Shown piece by piece: positions 13,201 through 26,986 of a DNA stretch of 64,000 nucleotides. The translations under genes were made by a program, and so were the position numbers. How positions within the stretch are numbered: the stretch's first letter is position 1; the number at the start of each line of letters is the position of its first letter. The notes below the pieces were generated by a model. The model saw only the letters and a program-made list of their open reading frames with translations, was not told the origin of the DNA and ran no database searches. The stretch is taken from contig CM035359.1 of assembly GCA_020137815.1 (NCBI GenBank), positions 5,022,001 through 5,086,000 on the forward strand, read 5' to 3'. The DNA is from Hormiphora californensis (taxonomy: Eukaryota > Animalia > Ctenophora).

Positions 13201-16200
13201 ATCTCATCACCAACAACATCACGGTACCAATCATCCATCAAAATGCTGTAAGTTCATCTGTCCGTTTTGTCTGTTCACATATTGTGCACCGTTTTACATC
13301 GGGATTCCAGACCCAAACTCAAGACATTCTCAAAGGCAAAATATTACCTTGTTCCCGACCCTCTGACCCTGTAGCTGTATACTTATAGGATAAAAGTTGC
13401 GTAATCATTGAATCCTATGTATTAGGGCCCTCCAATGTGCACTGCTCTCCCGTGAATTTTCAAGGGAGTTCGTACGGAGAGTTCCAGGCTATACCGTCTA
13501 TACCCGGGTGGTATATTGAGACTTGGTACGCCAAAAAAAAACTAAAAGCTATGCTAAGTATTATGTACCTGGTCCCCTGTATGCATTGTGGTATATCCTG
13601 TTCCGGCAAGGGTCTGGGTATCAGTATTATCCAGCGTTGTGGCCACATTACCCGGGTCGTTGTAGGAACACCCACCTGGGTATAATAGTGGCGTGGAGTG
13701 ATAATAATAGACACACACACACACACACACACACCTGGGTAGGGATCGTTATCTTCTAACTTTCCTTAAGAATATTCGCTGGGCGCAGTGAGAGAGAGGA
13801 TCTAGAGCAAAGATCTTAGATGAAGGGCATAAGGAGGGTCAAAGTGGGAAAGTTTCTTAGAGATAAGGAGGGTCAAAGTGGGAAACTTTCTTAGAGATAA
13901 GGAGGGTCAAAGTGGGAAACTTTCTTAGAGATAAGAAAGGTCAAAGTGGGAAAGTTTCTTAGAGATAAGGAGGGTCAAAGTGGGAAACTTTCTTAGAGAT
14001 AAGGAGGGTCAAAGTGGGAAAGTTTCTTAGAGATAAGGAGGGTCAAAGTGCGAAAGTTTCTTAGAGATAAGGAGGGTCAAAGTGGGAAAGTTTCTTAGAG
14101 ATAAGGAGGGTCAAAGTGGGAAAGTTTCTTAGAGATATTAGAGATAAGGAGGGTCAAAGTGGGATAGTTTCTTAGAGATAAGGAGGGTCAAAGTGGGAAA
14201 GTTTCTTAGAGATAAGGAGGGTCAAAGTGGGAAAGTTTCTTAGAGATAAGAAAGGTCAAAGTGGGAAAGTTTCTTAGAGATAAGGAGGGTCAAAGTGGGA
14301 AAGTTTCTTTGAGATCAGGAGAGTCAAAGTGGGAAAGTTTCTTAGAGATAAGGAGGATCAAAGTGGAAAAGTTTCTTAGAGATAAGGAGGTTCAAAGTGG
14401 GAAAGTTTCTTAGAGATAAGGAGGGTCAAAGTGGGAAACTTTCTTAGAGATAAGGAGGGTCAAAGTGGGAAAGTTTCTTAGAGATAAGGAGGGTCAAAGT
14501 GGGAAAGTTTCTTAGAGATAAGGAGGGTCAAAGTGGGAAAGTTTCTTAGAGATAAGGAGGGTCAAAGTGCGAAAGTTTCTTAGAGATAAGGAGGGTCAAA
14601 GTGCGAAGAAAGTTTCTTAGAGATAAGGAGGGTCAAAGTGGGAAAGTTTCTTAGAGATATTAGAGATAAGGAGGGTCAAAGTGGGATAGTTTCTTAGAGA
14701 TAAGGAGGCTCAAAGTGGGAAAGTTTCTTAGAGATAAGGAGGGTTCAAAGTGGGAAAGTTTCTTAGAGATAAGGAAGGGTCAAAGTGGGAAAGTTTCTTA
14801 GAGATAAGGAGGGTCAAAGTGGGAAAGTTTCTTAGAGATAAGGAGGGTCAAAGTGGGAAAGTTTCTTAGAGATAAGGAGGGTCAAAGTGGGAAAGTTTCT
14901 TAGAGATAAGGAGGTTCAAAGTGGGAAAGTTTCTTAGAGATAAGGAGGGTCAAAGTGGGAAAGTTTCTTAGAGATGAGGAGGGTCAAATTGGGAAAGTTT
15001 CTTAGAGATAAGGAGGTTCAAAGTGGGAAAGTTTCTTAGAGATAAGGAGGGTCAAAGTACAGTGGGAAAGTTTCTTAGAGATAAGGAGGGTCAAAGTGGG
15101 AAGGTTTCTTAGAGATAAGGAGGGTCAAGGTGCGAGAGTTTCTTAGAGATAAGGAGGGTCAAAGTGCGAAAGTTTCTTAGAGATAAGGAGAGTCAAAGTG
15201 GAAAAGTTTCTTAGAGATAAGGAGGGTCAAAGTGGGAAAGTTTCTTAGAGATAAGGAGGGTCAAAGTGGGATAGTTTCTTAGAGATAAGGAGGGTCAAAG
15301 TGGAAAAGTTTCTCAGAGATAAGGGGGTTCAAAGTGGGAAAGTTTCTTAGAGATAAGGAGGGTCAAAGTGGGATAGTTTCTTAGAGATAAGGAGGTTCAA
15401 AGTGGGCAAGTTTCTTAGAGATAAGGAGGGTCAAAGTGCGAAAGTTTCTTAGAGATAAGGAGGGTCAAAGTGGAAAAGTTTCTTAGAGATAAGGAAGGTC
15501 AAAGTGGGAAAGTTTCTTAGAGATAAGGAGGGTCAAAGTGGGATAGTTTCTTAGAGATAAGGAGGGTCAAAGTGGGAAAGTTTCTTAGAGATAAGGAGGG
15601 TCAAAGTGGGAAAGTTTCTTAGAGATAAGGAGGGTCAAAGTGCGAAAGAAAGTTTCTTAGAGATAAGGAGGGTCAAAGTGGGAAAGTTTCTTAGAGATAT
15701 TAGAGATAAGGAGGGTCAAAGTGGGATAGTTTCTTAGAGATAAGGAGGCTCAAAGTGGGAAAGTTTCTTAGAGATAAGGGGGTTCAAAGTGGGAAAGTTT
15801 CTTAGAGATAAGAAGGGTCAAAGTGGGAAAGTTTCTTAGAGATAAGGAGGGTCAAAGTGGGAAAGTTTCTTAGAGATAAGGAGGGTCGAAGTGGGAAAGT
15901 TTCTTAGAGATAAGGAGGTTCAAAGTGGGAAAGTTTCTTAGAGATAAGGAGGGTCAAAGTGGGAAAGTTTCTTAGAGATGAGGAGGGTCAAAGTGGGAAA
16001 GTTTCTTAGAGATAAGGAGGTTCAAAGTGGGAAAGTTTCTTAGAGATAAGGAGGGTCAAAGTACAGTGGGAAAGTTTCTTAGAGATAAGGAGGGTCAAAG
16101 TGGGAAGGTTTCTTAGAGATAAGGAGGGTCAAGGTGCGAGAGTTTCTTAGAGATAAGGAAGGTCAAAGTGCGAAAGTTTCTTAGAGATAAGGAGAGTCAA

Positions 16201-19200
16201 AGTGGAAAAGTTTCTTAGAGATAAAAAGGGTCAAAGTTGGAAAGTTTCTTAGAGATAAGGAGGGTCAAAGTGGGAAAGTTTCTTAGAGATAAGGAGGGTC
16301 AAAGTGGGAAAGTTTCTTAGAGATAAGGGGGTTCAAAGTGGGAAAGTTTCTTAGAGATAAGGAGGGTCAAAGTGGGATAGTTTCTTAGAGATAAGGAGTT
16401 TCAAAGCGGGAAAGTTTCTTAGAGATAAGGAGGGTCAAAGTGCGAAAGTTTCTTAGAGATAAGGAGGGTCAAAGTGGAAAAGTTTCTTAGAGATAAGGAG
16501 GGTCAAAGTGGGAAAGTTTCTTAGAGATAAGGAGGGTCAAAGTGGGAAAGTTTCTTAGAGATAAGGAGGGTCAAAGTGCGAAAAAAAGTTTCTTAGAGAT
16601 AAGGAGGGTCAAAGTGGGAAAGTTTCTTAGAGATATTAGAGATAAGGAGGGTCAAAGTGGGATAGTTTCTTAGAGATAAGGAGGCTCAAAGTGGGAAAGT
16701 TTCTTAGAGATAAGGGGGTTCAAAGTGGGAAAGTTTCTTAGAGATAAGGAGGGTCAAAGTGGGAAAGTTTCTTAGAGATAAGGAGGTTCAAAGTGGGAAA
16801 GTTTCTTAGAGATAAGGAGGGTCAAAGTGGAAAAGTTTCTTAGAGATGAGGAGGGTCAAAGTGGGAAAATTTCTTAGAGATAAGGAGGGTCAAAGTACAG
16901 TGGGAAAGTTTCTTAGAGATAAGGAGGGTCAAAGTGGGAAGGTTTCTTAGAGATAAGGAGGGTCAAGGTGCGAGAGTTTCTTAGAGATAAGGAGGGTCAA
17001 AGTGCGAAAGTTTCTTAGAGATAAGGAGAGTCAAAGTGGAAAAGTTTCTTAGAGATAAGGAGGGTCAAAGTGGGAAAGTTTCTTAGAGATAAGGAGGGTC
17101 AAAGTGGGATAGTTTCTTAGAGATAAGGAGGGTCAAAGTGGAAAAGTTTCTCAGAGATAAGGGGGTTCAAAGTGGGAAAGTTTCTTAGAGATAAGGAGGG
17201 TCAAAGTGGGAAGGTTTCTTAGAGATAAGGAGGGTCAAGGTGCGAGAGTTTCTTAGAGATAAGGAGGGTCAAAGTGCGAAAGTTTCTTAGAGATAAGGAG
17301 AGTCAAAGTGGAAAAGTTTCTTAGAGATAAGGAGGGTCAAAGTGGGAAAGTTTCTTAGAGATAAGGAGGGTCAAAGTGGGATAGTTTCTTAGAGATAAGG
17401 AGGGTCAAAGTGGAAAAGTTTCTCAGAGATAAGGGGGTTCAAAGTGGGAAAGTTTCTTAGAGATAAGGAGGGTCAAAGTGGGATAGTTTCTTAGAGATAA
17501 GGAGGTTCAAAGTGGGCAAGTTTCTTAGAGATAAGGAGGGTCAAAGTGCGAAAGTTTCTTAGAGATAAGGAGGGTCAAAGTGGAAAAGTTTCTTAGAGAT
17601 AAGGAAGGTCAAAGTGGGAAAGTTTCTTAGAGATAAGGAGGGTCAAAGTGGGATAGTTTCTTAGAGATAAGGAGGGTCAAAGTGGGAAAGTTTCTTAGAG
17701 ATAAGGAGGGTCAAAGTGGGAAAGTTTCTTAGAGATAAGGAGGGTCAAAGTGCGAAAGAAAGTTTCTTAGAGATAAGGAGGGTCAAAGTGGGAAAGTTTC
17801 TTAGAGATATTAGAGATAAGGAGGGTCAAAGTGGGATAGTTTCTTAGAGATAAGGAGGCTCAAAGTGGGAAAGTTTCTTAGAGATAAGGGGGTTCAAAGT
17901 GGGAAAGTTTCTTAGAGATAAGAAGGGTCAAAGTGGGAAAGTTTCTTAGAGATAAGGAGGGTCAAAGTGGGAAAGTTTCTTAGAGATAAGGAGGGTCGAA
18001 GTGGGAAAGTTTCTTAGAGATAAGGAGGTTCAAAGTGGGAAAGTTTCTTAGAGATAAGGAGGGTCAAAGTGGGAAAGTTTCTTAGAGATGAGGAGGGTCA
18101 AAGTGGGAAAGTTTCTTAGAGATAAGGAGGTTCAAAGTGGGAAAGTTTCTTAGAGATAAGGAGGGTCAAAGTACAGTGGGAAAGTTTCTTAGAGATAAGG
18201 AGGGTCAAAGTGGGAAGGTTTCTTAGAGATAAGGAGGGTCAAGGTGCGAGAGTTTCTTAGAGATAAGGAAGGTCAAAGTGCGAAAGTTTCTTAGAGATAA
18301 GGAGAGTCAAAGTGGAAAAGTTTCTTAGAGATAAAAAGGGTCAAAGTTGGAAAGTTTCTTAGAGATAAGGAGGGTCAAAGTGGGAAAGTTTCTTAGAGAT
18401 AAGGAGGGTCAAAGTGGGAAAGTTTCTTAGAGATAAGGGGGTTCAAAGTGGGAAAGTTTCTTAGAGATAAGGAGGGTCAAAGTGGGATAGTTTCTTAGAG
18501 ATAAGGAGTTTCAAAGCGGGAAAGTTTCTTAGAGATAAGGAGGGTCAAAGTGCGAAAGTTTCTTAGAGATAAGGAGGGTCAAAGTGGAAAAGTTTCTTAG
18601 AGATAAGGAGGGTCAAAGTGGGAAAGTTTCTTAGAGATAAGGAGGGTCAAAGTGGGAAAGTTTCTTAGAGATAAGGAGGGTCAAAGTGCGAAAAAAGTTT
18701 CTTAGAGATAAGGAGGGTCAAAGTGGGAAAGTTTCTTAGAGATATTAGAGATAAGGAGGGTCAAAGTGGGATAGTTTCTTAGAGATAAGGAGGCTCAAAG
18801 TGGGAAAGTTTCTTAGAGATAAGGGGGTTCAAAGTGGGAAAGTTTCTTAGAGATAAGGAGGGTCAAAGTGGGAAAGTTTCTTAGAGATAAGGAGGTTCAA
18901 AGTGGGAAAGTTTCTTAGAGATAAGGAGGGTCAAAGTGGAAAAGTTTCTTAGAGATGAGGAGGGTCAAAGTGGGAAAATTTCTTAGAGATAAGGAGGGTC
19001 AAAGTACAGTGGGAAAGTTTCTTAGAGATAAGGAGGGTCAAAGTGGGAAGGTTTCTTAGAGATAAGGAGGGTCAAGGTGCGAGAGTTTCTTAGAGATAAG
19101 GAGGGTCAAAGTGCGAAAGTTTCTTAGAGATAAGGAGAGTCAAAGTGGAAAAGTTTCTTAGAGATAAGGAGGGTCAAAGTGGGAAAGTTTCTTAGAGATA

Positions 19201-22200
19201 AGGAGGGTCAAAGTGGGATAGTTTCTTAGAGATAAGGAGGGTCAAAGTGGAAAAGTTTCTCAGAGATAAGGGGGTTCAAAGTGGGAAAGTTTCTTAGAGA
19301 TAAGGAGGGTCAAAGTGGGATAGTTTCTTAGAGATAAGGAGGTTCAAAGTGGGCAAGTTTCTTAGAGATAAGGAGGGTCAAAGTGCGAAAGTTTCTTAGA
19401 GATAAGGAGGGTCAAAGTGGAAAAGTTTCTTAGAGATAAGGAAGGTCAAAGTGGGAAAGTTTCTTAGAGATAAGGAGGGTCAAAGTGGGATAGTTTCTTA
19501 GAGATAAGGAGGGTCAAAGTGGGAAAGTTTCTTAGAGATAAGGAGGGTCAAAGTGGGAAAGTTTCTTAGAGATAAGGAGGGTCAAAGTGCGAAAGAAAGT
19601 TTCTTAGAGATAAGGAGGGTCAAAGTGGGAAAGTTTCTTAGAGATATTAGAGATAAGGAGGGTCAAAGTGGGATAGTTTCTTAGAGATAAGGAGGCTCAA
19701 AATGGGAAAGTTTCTTAGAGATAAGGGGGTTCAAAGTGGGAAAGTTTCTTAGAGATAAGAAGGGTCAAAGTGGGAAAGTTTCTTAGAGATAAGGAGGGTC
19801 AAAGTGGGAAAGTTTCTTAGAGATAAGGAGGGTCGAAGTGGGAAAGTTTCTTAGAGATAAGGAGGTTCAAAGTGGGAAAGTTTCTTAGAGATAAGGAGGG
19901 TCAAAGTGGGAAAGTTTCTTAGAGATGAGGAGGGTCAAAGTGGGAAAGTTTCTTAGAGATAAGGAGGTTCAAAGTGGGAAAGTTTCTTAGAGATAAGGAG
20001 GGTCAAAGTACAGTGGGAAAGTTTCTTAGAGATAAGGAGGGTCAAAGTGGGAAGGTTTCTTAGAGATAAGGAGGGTCAAGGTGCGAGAGTTTCTTAGAGA
20101 TAAGGAAGGTCAAAGTGGAAAAGTTTCTTAGAGATAAGGAGGGTCAAAGTGGGAAAGTTTCTTAGAGATAAGGAGGGTCAAAGTGGGATAGTTTCTTAGA
20201 GATAAGGAGGGTCAAAGTGGAAAAGTTTCTTAGAGATAAGGGGGTTCAAAGTGGGAAAGTTTCTTAGAGATAAGGAGGGTCAAAGTGGGATAGTTTCTTA
20301 GAGATAAGGAGGTTCAAAGCGGGAAAGTTTCTTAGAGATAAGGAGGGTCAAAGTGCGAAAGTTTCTTAGAGATAAGGAGGGTCAAAGTGGAAAAGTTTCT
20401 TAGAGATAAGGAGGGTCAAAGTGGGAAAGTTTCTTAGAGATAAGGAGGGTCAAAGTGGGATAGTTTCTTAGAGATAAGGAGGGTCAAAGTGGGAAAGTTT
20501 CTTAGAGATAAGGAGGGTCAAAGTGGGAAAGTTTCTTAGAGATAAGGAGGGTCAAAGTGGGAAAGTTTCTTAGAGATAAGGAGGGTCAAAGTGGGAAAGT
20601 TTCTTAGAGATAAGAAAGGTCAAACTGGGAAAGTTTCTTAGAGATAAGGAGGGTCAAAGTGGGAAACTTTCTGAGAGATCAGGAGGTTCAAAGTGGGAAA
20701 GTTTCTTAGAGATAAGGGGGTTCAAAGTGGGAAAGTTTCTTAGAGATAAGAAGGGTCAAAGTGGGAAAGTTTCTTAGAGATAAGGAGGGTCAAAGTGGGA
20801 AAGTTTCTTAGAGATAAGGAGGGTCGAAGTGGGAAAGTTTCTTAGAGATAAGGAGGTTCAAAGTGGGAAAGTTTCTTAGAGATAAGGAGGGTCAAAGTGG
20901 GAAAGTTTCTTAGAGATGAGGAGGGTCAAAGTGGGAAAGTTTCTTAGAGATAAGGAGGTTCAAAGTGGGAAAGTTTCTTAGAGATAAGGAGGGTCAAAGT
21001 ACAGTGGGAAAGTTTCTTAGAGATAAGGAGGGTCAAAGTGGGAAGGTTTCTTAGAGATAAGGAGGGTCAAGGTGCGAGAGTTTCTTAGAGATAAGGAAGG
21101 TCAAAGTGGGAAAGTTTCTTAGAGATAAGGAGAGTCAAAGTGGAAAAGTTTCTTAGAGATAAGGAGGGTCAAAGTGGGAAAGTTTCTTAGAGATAAGGAG
21201 GGTCAAAGTGGGATAGTTTCTTAGAGATAAGGAGGGTCAAAGTGGAAAAGTTTCTTAGAGATAAGGGGGTTCAAAGTGGGAAAGTTTCTTAGAGATAAGG
21301 AGGGTCAAAGTGGGATAGTTTCTTAGAGATAAGGAGGTTCAAAGTGGGCAAGTTTCTTAGAGATAAGGAGGGTCAAAGTGCGAAAGTTTCTTAGAGATAA
21401 GGAGGGTCAAAGTGGAAAAGTTTCTTAGAGATAAGGAAGGTCAAAGTGGGAAAGTTTCTTAGAGATAAGGAGGGTCAAAGTGGGATAGTTTCTTAGAGAT
21501 AAGGAGGGTCAAAGTGGGAAAGTTTCTTAGAGATAAGGAGGGTCAAAGTGGGAAAGTTTCTTAGAGATAAGGAGGGTCAAAGTGCGAAAGAAAGTTTCTT
21601 AGAGATAAGGAGGGTCAAAGTGGGAAAGTTTCTTAGAGATATTAGAGATAAGGAGGGTCAAAGTGGGATAGTTTCTTAGAGATAAGGAGGCTCAAAGTGG
21701 GAAAGTTTCTTAGAGATAAGGGGGTTCAAAGTGGGAAAGTTTCTTAGAGATAAGAAGGGTCAAAGTGGGAAAGTTTCTTAGAGATAAGGAGGGTCAAAGT
21801 GGGAAAGTTTCTTAGAGATAAGGAGGGTCGAAGTGGGAAAGTTTCTTAGAGATAAGGAGGTTCAAAGTGGGAAAGTTTCTTAGAGATAAGGAGGGTCAAA
21901 GTGGGAAAGTTTCTTAGAGATGAGGAGGGTCAAAGTGGGAAAGTTTCTTAGAGATAAGGAGGTTCAAAGTGGGAAAGTTTCTTAGAGATAAGGAGGGTCA
22001 AAGTACAGTGGGAAAGTTTCTTAGAGATAAGGAGGGTCAAAGTGGGAAGGTTTCTTAGAGATAAGGAGGGTCAAGGTGCGAGAGTTTCTTAGAGATAAGG
22101 AAGGTCAAAGTGCGAAAGTTTCTTAGAGATAAGGAGAGTCAAAGTGGAAAAGTTTCTTAGAGATAAGGAGGGTCAAAGTGGGAAAGTTTCTTAGAGATAA

Positions 22201-25200
22201 GGAGGGTCAAAGTGGGATAGTTTCTTAGAGATAAGGAGGGTCAAAGTGGAAAAGTTTCTTAGAGATAAGGGGGTTCAAAGTGGGAAAGTTTCTTAGAGAT
22301 AAGGAGGGTCAAAGTGGGATAGTTTCTTAGAGATAAGGAGGTTCAAAGCGGGAAAGTTTCTTAGAGATAAGGAGGGTCAAAGTGCGAAAGTTTCTTAGAG
22401 ATAAGGAGGGTCAAAGTGGAAAAGTTTCTTAGAGATAAGGAGGGTCAAAGTGGGAAAGTTTCTTAGAGATAAGGAGGGTCAAAGTGGGATAGTTTCTTAG
22501 AGATAAGGAGGGTCAAAGTGGGAAAGTTTCTTAGAGATAAGGAGGGTCAAAGTGGGAAAGTTTCTTAGAGATAAGGAGGGTCAAAGTGGGAAAGTTTCTT
22601 AGAGATAAGGAGGGTCAAAGTGGGAAAGTTTCTTAGAGATAAGAAAGGTCAAACTGGGAAAGTTTCTTAGAGATAAGGAGGGTCAAAGTGGGAAACTTTC
22701 TGAGAGATCAGGAGGTTCAAAGTGGGAAAGTTTCTTAGAGATAAGGGGGTTCAAAGTGGGAAAGTTTCTTAGAGATAAGAAGGGTCAAAGTGGGAAAGTT
22801 TCTTAGAGATAAGGAGGGTCAAAGTGGGAAAGTTTCTTAGAGATAAGGAGGGTCGAAGTGGGAAAGTTTCTTAGAGATAAGGAGGTTCAAAGTGGGAAAG
22901 TTTCTTAGAGATAAGGAGGGTCAAAGTGGGAAAGTTTCTTAGAGATGAGGAGGGTCAAAGTGGGAAAGTTTCTTAGAGATAAGGAGGTTCAAAGTGGGAA
23001 AGTTTCTTAGAGATAAGGAGGGTCAAAGTACAGTGGGAAAGTTTCTTAGAGATAAGGAGGGTCAAAGTGGGAAGGTTTCTTAGAGATAAGGAGGGTCAAG
23101 GTGCGAGAGTTTCTTAGAGATAAGGAGGTCAAAGTGCGAAAGTTTCTTAGAGATAAGGAGAGTCAAAGTGGAAAAGTTTCTTAGAGATAAGGAGGGTCAA
23201 AGTGGGAAAGTTTCTTAGAGATAAGGAGGGTCAAAGTGGGATAGTTTCTTAGAGATAAGGAGGGTCAAAGTGGAAAAGTTTCTTAGAGATAAGGGGGTTC
23301 AAAGTGGGAAAGTTTCTTAGAGATAAGGAGGGTCAAAGTGGGATAAGTTTCTTAGAGATAAGGAGGTTCAAAGCTGGGAAAGTTTCTTAGAGATAAGGAG
23401 GGTCAAAGTGCGAAAGTTTCTTAGAGATAAGGAGGGTCAAAGTGGAAAGTTTCTTAGAGATAAGGAGGGTCAAAGTGGGAAAGTTTCTTAGAGATAAGGA
23501 GGGTCAAAGTGGGATAGTTTCTTAGAGATAAGGAGGGTCAAAGTGGGAAAGTTTCTTAGAGATAAGGAGGGTCAAAGTGGGAAAGTTTCTTAGAGATAAG
23601 GAGGGTCAAAGTGGGAAAGTTTCTTAGAGATAAGGAGGGTCAAAGTGGGAAAGTTTCTTAGAGATAAGAAAGGTCAAACTGAGAAAGTTTCTTAGAGATA
23701 AGGAGGGTCAAAGTGGGAAACTTTCTGAGAGATCAGGAGGTTCAAAGTGGGAAAGTTTCTTAGAGATAAGGAGGGTCAAAGTGCGATAGTTTCTCAGAGA
23801 TAAAGAGGGTGAAAGTGGGAAAGTTTCTTAGAGATAAGGAGGGTCAAAGTGGGAAAGTTTCTTAGAGATAAGGAAGGTCAAAGTGGGAAAGTTTCTTAGA
23901 GATAAGGATGGTCAAAGTGCAGGGAAAGTTTCATAGAGATAAAAAGGGTCAAAGTGGGAAAGTTTCTTAGAGATAAGGAGGGTCAAAGTGGGAAAGTTTC
24001 TTAGAGATAAGGAGGGTCAAAATGGGAAAGTTTTTTAGAGATAAGGAGGGTCAAAATGGGAAAGTTTCTTAGAGATAAGGAGGTTCAAAGTGGGAAAGTT
24101 TCTTAGAGATAAGGAGGGTCAAAGTGGGAAAGTTTCTTAGAGATAAGGAGGGTCAAAGTGGGAAAGTTTCTTAGAGATAAGGAGGGTCAAAGTGGGAAAG
24201 TTTCTTAGAGATGAGGAGGGTCAAAGTGAGAAAGTTTCTTAGAGATCAGGAGGTTCAAAGTGGGAAAGTTTCTTAGAGATAAGGAGGGTCAAAGTGGAAT
24301 AGTTTCTTAGAGACAAGGAGGGTCAAAATGGGAAAGTTTCTAAGAGATAAGGAGGGTCAAAGTGGGAAAGTTTCTTAGAGATAAGGAGGGTCAAAGTGGG
24401 AAAGTTTTTCAGAGATAAGAAGGGTCAAAGTGGGAAAGTTTCTAAGAGATAAGGAGCGACAAAGTGGGAAAGTTTCTTAGAGACAAGGAGGGTCAAAGTG
24501 GGAAAGTTTCTCAGAGATAAGGAGGGTCAAAGTGGGAAAGTTTCTTAGAGATAAGGAGGGTCAAAGTGGGAAAGTTTCTTAGAGATAAGGAGGGTCAAAG
24601 TGGGAAAGTTTCTTAGAGACAAGGAGGGTCAAAGTGGGATAGTTTCTTAGAGATAAGGAGGGTCAAAGTGCGAAAGTTTCTTAGAGATAAGGAGCGTCAA
24701 AGCGGGAAAGGTTCTTAGAGATAAGGAGGGTCAAAGTGGGAAAGTTTCTTAGAGATAAGGAGGGTCAAAGTGGGAAATTTTCTAAGAGATAACCCATGAT
24801 GCATCTATTAAGAATCACTATTATTCGGTCGTCACAGGAATAGTTATAGCTGCTCTAGTCTCTACCATGATAGTCACTTAGACCAGCTAGGCCTGTCTTC
24901 ACTCTTCAGACAAGCTGTTCTGTAGAGACTTTCTTTCAAAATCAGGTCCACTAGAACTTACCCGTGCAGGCGGGGAGAGTAATGGCAGTATCCACATTGC
25001 AGGTATACTTGTAGGCAGTGTTCTTGGTCAGAAGGTACTTCCTTGCACACAAGATATCAATCACAGTACCCTGAACTGATTATGGGGGGTATGAAATATA
25101 TTGTTACAATATTGTTACAATATTATTGTACATGGTGTACTCGCTTCTTGCGAGATTCAAAGTGTCGTGTTATACTGGAAAGTGAGGTGGAAACAGAGAT

Positions 25201-26891
25201 CGGTTCTGTATACGTACCAACATACAAAGGGAAACAAGGAATTTTGCCAGATTCCCTTTGTTTTGAACCAGCTCTCACTCAGTGATCGAGCACTATCGGG
25301 TTTTTGGCGCCCTCTATAGTACTAAGTACGTACCAACATAAGGAGGTTTTGAGGTATCCACTTTTTCTTTTGTTATAGTTCCATCGATGTTGTTGTAATT
25401 CACCGCACAACTGTCTGAAGAAAAGGAGGGATTTGAAAAGGGTGTGTCTTTATTAACAATCTACCCTCCTAGATTTGTGTCGTTAGTCCTCCCTCAACTG
25501 ACCAAGTTTACGACTTTTTAGTCGATACTTGATAAGCTCAGACGGTCATCTGATGTGTTTGTAATCACTGGTCGGCATCCCATCCAACTCTTTACGACGT
25601 AGGGCCGGATCTGAACCAGATCAAAATTCCTCTCGCATTACTAATTCTAATTGATCTTCTTGAGATCTCACATTGAAATAGTAAAATCTTTTCAAAATCC
25701 CTTAATATCCGGACGGCTGCTTCGTGGCAAGACCTTAATCTGGTAATCAAACCAAAGCAGAAAAAGAGCGAACCAGGAAATGAAAGATTATATGATGATT
25801 TGATTTCTGGAGTCGCCTAGCTTTTTAAGATAAGTGAGGTGGGAATGAGACTTAGCATGCGATTTGTAAATAAGAAAGTATATATAAGTTATCATGTGGC
25901 CGGGCTAGTGGTCTCACTTCCTTCCAAATTGATGGCAATAAACGTGCTAATGTGGTAATGTGGTAACTGGTGCTTGGTATGTCCAGCTATTTCAAGGGCA
26001 CGTGGGAACTGAAGAACTTATACTTTACAAAAGCGGCCACGTTCAATAATAGACAACATTTTTTCCCTGCCCGGGTGGATGCCCGAAGGGCATCCACCCG
26101 GATGATCGTTTTAGCACGTGTGCTAAAAAGATCATAAAGGGTTTAGAAATCTCGGATTTGAAATAGTAACTCGAGCGTGGTCAAAATCGCGTGTGTCACG
26201 GTAGCAGCATAGTAACTGCTCCTTCATAAAATCAAATAACTGTTTTGATGAAATATGATGTCAGGACGCTTATTTTCAAAGCTGTGCGCGGCGCTCACAA
26301 CACTGTTGCTGAAGGGGTGAGGGTAGAGTAAAACAGCTGTGTAACTGCATATACATACAGGACGCATGCATCTCACATTGTGACCAAGCCTTGATATTGT
26401 GATACTGATAGTGTGATACTGATCCTGTCGACGGAGGGCAGGGAAACACCGCATTATGAATACATAATGCAATAATTCTTGTTTCTAGCTTCTAGGGTGG
26501 AATTGTTTGGCATGCTGCATCTAGACGCTGCTCTCACACCCATTTAAAACACGCGTAATAGCACATACTATGGGTATGAGAACAGCGTTGACACTGTTTT
26601 TTTTGTACTAATAATATGTAAAACATAGCAGTCCGCTATCATGAATCAGCGTTTATTCCTTCGCTATTAGTTATAGGGGAACAAACGCTGATTTGTCGTA
26701 TTTTGTTGAGGAGGGCATGTTTTTTCTCTTTCTCTTTCTCTTTCTCTTTCTCTTTCTCTTTCTCTTTCTCTTTCTCTTTCTCTTTCTCTTTCTCTTTCTC
26801 TTTCTCTTTCTCTTTCTCTTTCTCTTTCTCTTTCTCTTTCTCTTTCTCTTTCTCTTTCTCTTTCTCTTTCTCTTTCTCTTTCTCTTTCTCT

Positions 26892-26986
<95 letters not shown>

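Noticed and set aside
13826-24792. CRISPR-like array of ~34-bp repeats
   Set aside because: No unique spacers, head-to-tail monomers, eukaryotic context and no cas genes.
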